Source: a virus (taxonomy: Duplodnaviria; Caudoviricetes). Taken from it: a stretch of DNA of 64,000 nt. Under the pieces are notes generated by a model, which was not told the origin of the DNA, searched no databases, and saw only the letters and a list, made by a program, of their open reading frames with translations. Positions 61,115 through 64,000 of this stretch are shown piece by piece. The number at the start of each line of letters is the position of its first letter. Position 1 is the stretch's first letter. The position numbers were made by a program, and so were the translations under genes. The stretch covers positions 48,311-112,310 of the IMG/VR virus record IMGVR_UViG_3300031853_000007. One strand, 5' to 3'.

Positions 61115-61543
61115 ATGTCTACTCTTGGTGATATAAAACCGTCTAGGACTCCCGAGATGCCAACCGTGACCCCGCCCACAGTGGAGAAGAGTAAGGATTA
61201 CTTTAACAAGATGATCTATGTCGCGGGTGCTTACGGTGGTTCTGACACAAATAAGAACTATATCGAACATTGTTGTCGAAAGCTATCTGAGGACTATCCG
61301 TCTTACTGTTTTATAAATGGCGTATCGGAGTTTGCTCACTGGTACGGTAAGTCAAACTCAATCGTTGATGATTTGAAACGTTGTGTTGCACTTCTGAAAA
61401 AGTGCGATGAAGTCTGGGTCATGACACAGAGTGACTGGCAGAGTTCGCAAGGAACAATGGTCGAAATATTTGTAGCAAATGAAAGTGGAATCCCTGTTGT
61501 ATATGACAAGGATAAAGCGATAGGAATTAATAAAGGGGAGTGA
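61115..61543 (+). CDS. DUF4406/nucleoside deoxyribosyltransferase-like protein
   Basis: IYVAG.Y, LL.KCD.VW, W.SS.G...E...A...GIPV. Confidence 0.7.
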   Translation: MSTLGDIKPSRTPEMPTVTPPTVEKSKDYFNKMIYVAGAYGGSDTNKNYIEHCCRKLSEDYPSYCFINGVSEFAHWYGKSNSIVDDLKRCVALLKKCDEVWVMTQSDWQSSQGTMVEIFVANESGIPVVYDKDKAIGINKGE

Positions 61544-63726
61544 TGAAATTGGGAATCCGGGTTAAGAAACGTGATGGCAGAATCGTTTGTTTTGACAGTA
61601 GTAAGATTACGACAGCAATCTATAAGGCTTACATAGAAGTCTGCCCTGACCAAGACAAGATGCAGATTAAGAGTCAGTGTGAGTATTTGACTGACAAGAT
61701 TGTAAGTTACATAATGAATCAGGCTGATATCAACTATGACGAGCCGATTGATATAGAGAATATTCAGGATTGGATTGAGAATTGTCTTATGGATTTTGAT
61801 AAGGCGATTGCTAAGTCATATATAACTTACAGATATAAAAGAAAGCTGGTAAGAGAAAGTAATACTACCGACAAAACTATCAAAGAATTAATTGATGGCA
61901 CTAATGATTATTGGAATAATGAAAATTCCAATAAGAATCCTCGTAGAGCTACTGTGCAAAGAGATTATATAGCCGGTGTAACAAGTACCGATATTACTAA
62001 AAGATTTCTTTTGCCCGAAGATGTAAGAGAAGCAGATGAATTAGGAATACTTCATTTTCATGACCAAGACTATTTTGTTCAGCACATAAATAATTGTTGC
62101 TTAATTAATCTTGAAGATATGCTACAAAATGGTACAATTATTAGTAAAACAAAAATTGATAAGCCAAAGAAATTCTCAACTGCTTGTAATATTGCGACTC
62201 AGATCATAGCGCAAGTTGCAAGCTCGCAATACGGTGGTCAATCAATTAGTCTAGCACATTTGTCTCCATTTATTAAAGAGACAAGAGAGAAGTATCAGAA
62301 GGAATTCCCATCTTTTACTAAAGAACAGATTGAACATTTAGTCAATATGGATATTGAGAGTGGTGTGCAAACAATTCAATATCAAATATTAACATTAATG
62401 ACTACTAATGGGCAGACTCCATTCATAACAATTTATATGAATTTAGCAGAAGCGCCCGAAGGACAGGAAAGAGATGACTTAGCTAAATGTATAGAAGAAG
62501 TATTAAAGCAAAGAATACTAGGGGTAAAAAATGAGGCGGGAGTATATATTGCTCCAACCTTTCCTAAATTAATTTATGCTTTAGATGATTTTAATATATA
62601 CCCAAATAGCAAATATTTTTATTTAACTAAAATAGCCGCAGAGTGCGTTTCTAAAAGACTTGTTCCAGACTTTATCTCTAATAAAGTTCAACGAGAATTA
62701 AAACAAGGTCAGACATATACTTGCATGGGGTGTAGAAGTTTCTTGACAAACGATAGAACCACAAAAAACTATGCTAAAGCATTAAATTATAAAGAGGGAC
62801 AGCAAAAATTCTATGGTCGATTCAATCAAGGAGTGGTTACTATTAACTTAGCCGATATTGCTTTATCTTCCCATAAGGATATAAATAAATTTTGGGAAAT
62901 TTTTGATGAAAGATTAGAATTATGTCATAGAGCTTTGCAATGCCGCCACAAAAGATTAAAAGGAACTTTATCAGATATTGCTCCAGTTTTATGGCAGCAC
63001 GGGGCTTTAGCAAGATTAAAAAGTGGAGAAGCTATTGATGAATTACTTTATCATGGTTATTCTACTATTTCTCTTGGATACGCCGCTTTATATGAATGTG
63101 TATATTATATGACTGGGAAGTCTCATACAGACGAAGAGGCTAAGCCATTTGCTATTGAAATTATGCAGCACTTAAATGATGCTTGTAATAAGTGGAAAGC
63201 AGAAGAAGATATTGATTATTCTGTTTATGGAAGTCCTATTGAATCTGTAACTTATAAATTTGCGAAATGCTTAAGAAAAAGATTTGGTATTATTCCAGAA
63301 ATTACAGACCATGATTACATAACTAATTCATACCATGTAAACGTAAGAGAAAAAATTGATGCTTTTACCAAACTAGCTAAAGAAGCCGAGTTTCAAAAGC
63401 TAAGTCCAGGTGGCGCAATAAGTTATGCAGAAATACCAAATATGCAGCACAATCTTGATGCAGTTATTACATTAATACAGTTTATCTATGAGAATATCAT
63501 GTATGCTGAATTAAATACAAAAGCTGACTATTGCCATGTATGTGGATATAACGGTGAAATTCAAGTTAAAGGTACTCAAGGACATTATTATTGGGAATGT
63601 CCTAATTGCGGCAATAGAGATCAAAGTAAAATGACAGTCATAAGGAGAACTTGTGGATACATAGGCGGAAATTATTGGAATCAAGGTCGAACTGAAGAAA
63701 TTGCAGAGAGAGTATTGCATTTATAA
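61540..63726 (+). CDS. nrdD: Anaerobic ribonucleoside-triphosphate reductase
   Basis: ATP cone VKKRDG, HFHD, NCCL, MGCRSFL, glycyl-radical motif RTCGYIG. Confidence 0.95.
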   Translation: MMKLGIRVKKRDGRIVCFDSSKITTAIYKAYIEVCPDQDKMQIKSQCEYLTDKIVSYIMNQADINYDEPIDIENIQDWIENCLMDFDKAIAKSYITYRYKRKLVRESNTTDKTIKELIDGTNDYWNNENSNKNPRRATVQRDYIAGVTSTDITKRFLLPEDVREADELGILHFHDQDYFVQHINNCCLINLEDMLQNGTIISKTKIDKPKKFSTACNIATQIIAQVASSQYGGQSISLAHLSPFIKETREKYQKEFPSFTKEQIEHLVNMDIESGVQTIQYQILTLMTTNGQTPFITIYMNLAEAPEGQERDDLAKCIEEVLKQRILGVKNEAGVYIAPTFPKLIYALDDFNIYPNSKYFYLTKIAAECVSKRLVPDFISNKVQRELKQGQTYTCMGCRSFLTNDRTTKNYAKALNYKEGQQKFYGRFNQGVVTINLADIALSSHKDINKFWEIFDERLELCHRALQCRHKRLKGTLSDIAPVLWQHGALARLKSGEAIDELLYHGYSTISLGYAALYECVYYMTGKSHTDEEAKPFAIEIMQHLNDACNKWKAEEDIDYSVYGSPIESVTYKFAKCLRKRFGIIPEITDHDYITNSYHVNVREKIDAFTKLAKEAEFQKLSPGGAISYAEIPNMQHNLDAVITLIQFIYENIMYAELNTKADYCHVCGYNGEIQVKGTQGHYYWECPNCGNRDQSKMTVIRRTCGYIGGNYWNQGRTEEIAERVLHL

Positions 63727-63790
63727 ATATAATTTGATTTTTTTGTTATTTTTTTGTATAATATAAATATAAAAATAAAGGAGAAAAAGA

Positions 63791-64000
63791 ATGGCTGAAA
63801 ATATTAGTTTAGAGATTGGTAATTTATATGAAGCTAATAAACAATTAATTAAACAATATGAAAAACCGCTAACTCATCCTGAACTAGCAGCGAAACAAGA
63901 GGAACTTGAAGACTTCTTTGAAAATATTGTGCAATACGCTATGTTATTGTGTAATGAGCAAAAAGATTATACTGTTTTTCATTTATCAAGAAGTATTACT
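63791..64000 (+). CDS. Hypothetical protein (runs off the window)
   Basis: RBS AAGGAG; AT-rich promoter TTGATT...TATAAT upstream. Confidence 0.65.
   Translation, partial: MAENISLEIGNLYEANKQLIKQYEKPLTHPELAAKQEELEDFFENIVQYAMLLCNEQKDYTVFHLSRSIT

Overview
This window is a 64-kb segment of a large tailed-phage genome from a low-GC Gram-positive (Clostridia/Bacillota-type) host, with SPbeta-like gene order; it is probably a phage-plasmid. The minus strand (1-18.2 kb) carries the head and packaging genes (major capsid, decoration, protease/scaffold, portal, terminase), PhoH, ClpP, a ~605-nt ROOL-like structured RNA beside tRNAs, HU, a YonO-type single-subunit RNA polymerase split by a group I intron, a Rep_3 plasmid initiator with 21-bp iterons, and a tyrosine recombinase. 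The plus strand (18.6-64 kb) opens with a GC-rich, motif-skewed leader region. Early/accessory genes follow, including a twister ribozyme, four paralogous SH3/KOW-like repeat proteins, a Zn-ribbon repeat protein with an M28-type peptidase, Thg1, an IscB/omegaRNA element inserted into a gene, a radical SAM enzyme with FETNSSS-motif proteins, and a solo MazF beside an MrpR-like repressor. After a tRNA cluster comes a complete replisome (Sak, SSB, DnaB, DnaG, intron-split DnaE) and nrdD. The most striking feature is a split C5 DNA methyltransferase locus (56.6-59.1 kb). It carries about nine target-recognition-like modules gated by five poly-G tracts and two candidate -1 frameshift sites, which suggests a combinatorial, phase-variable anti-restriction system. 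All calls come from manual reading of motifs; no database searches were run.
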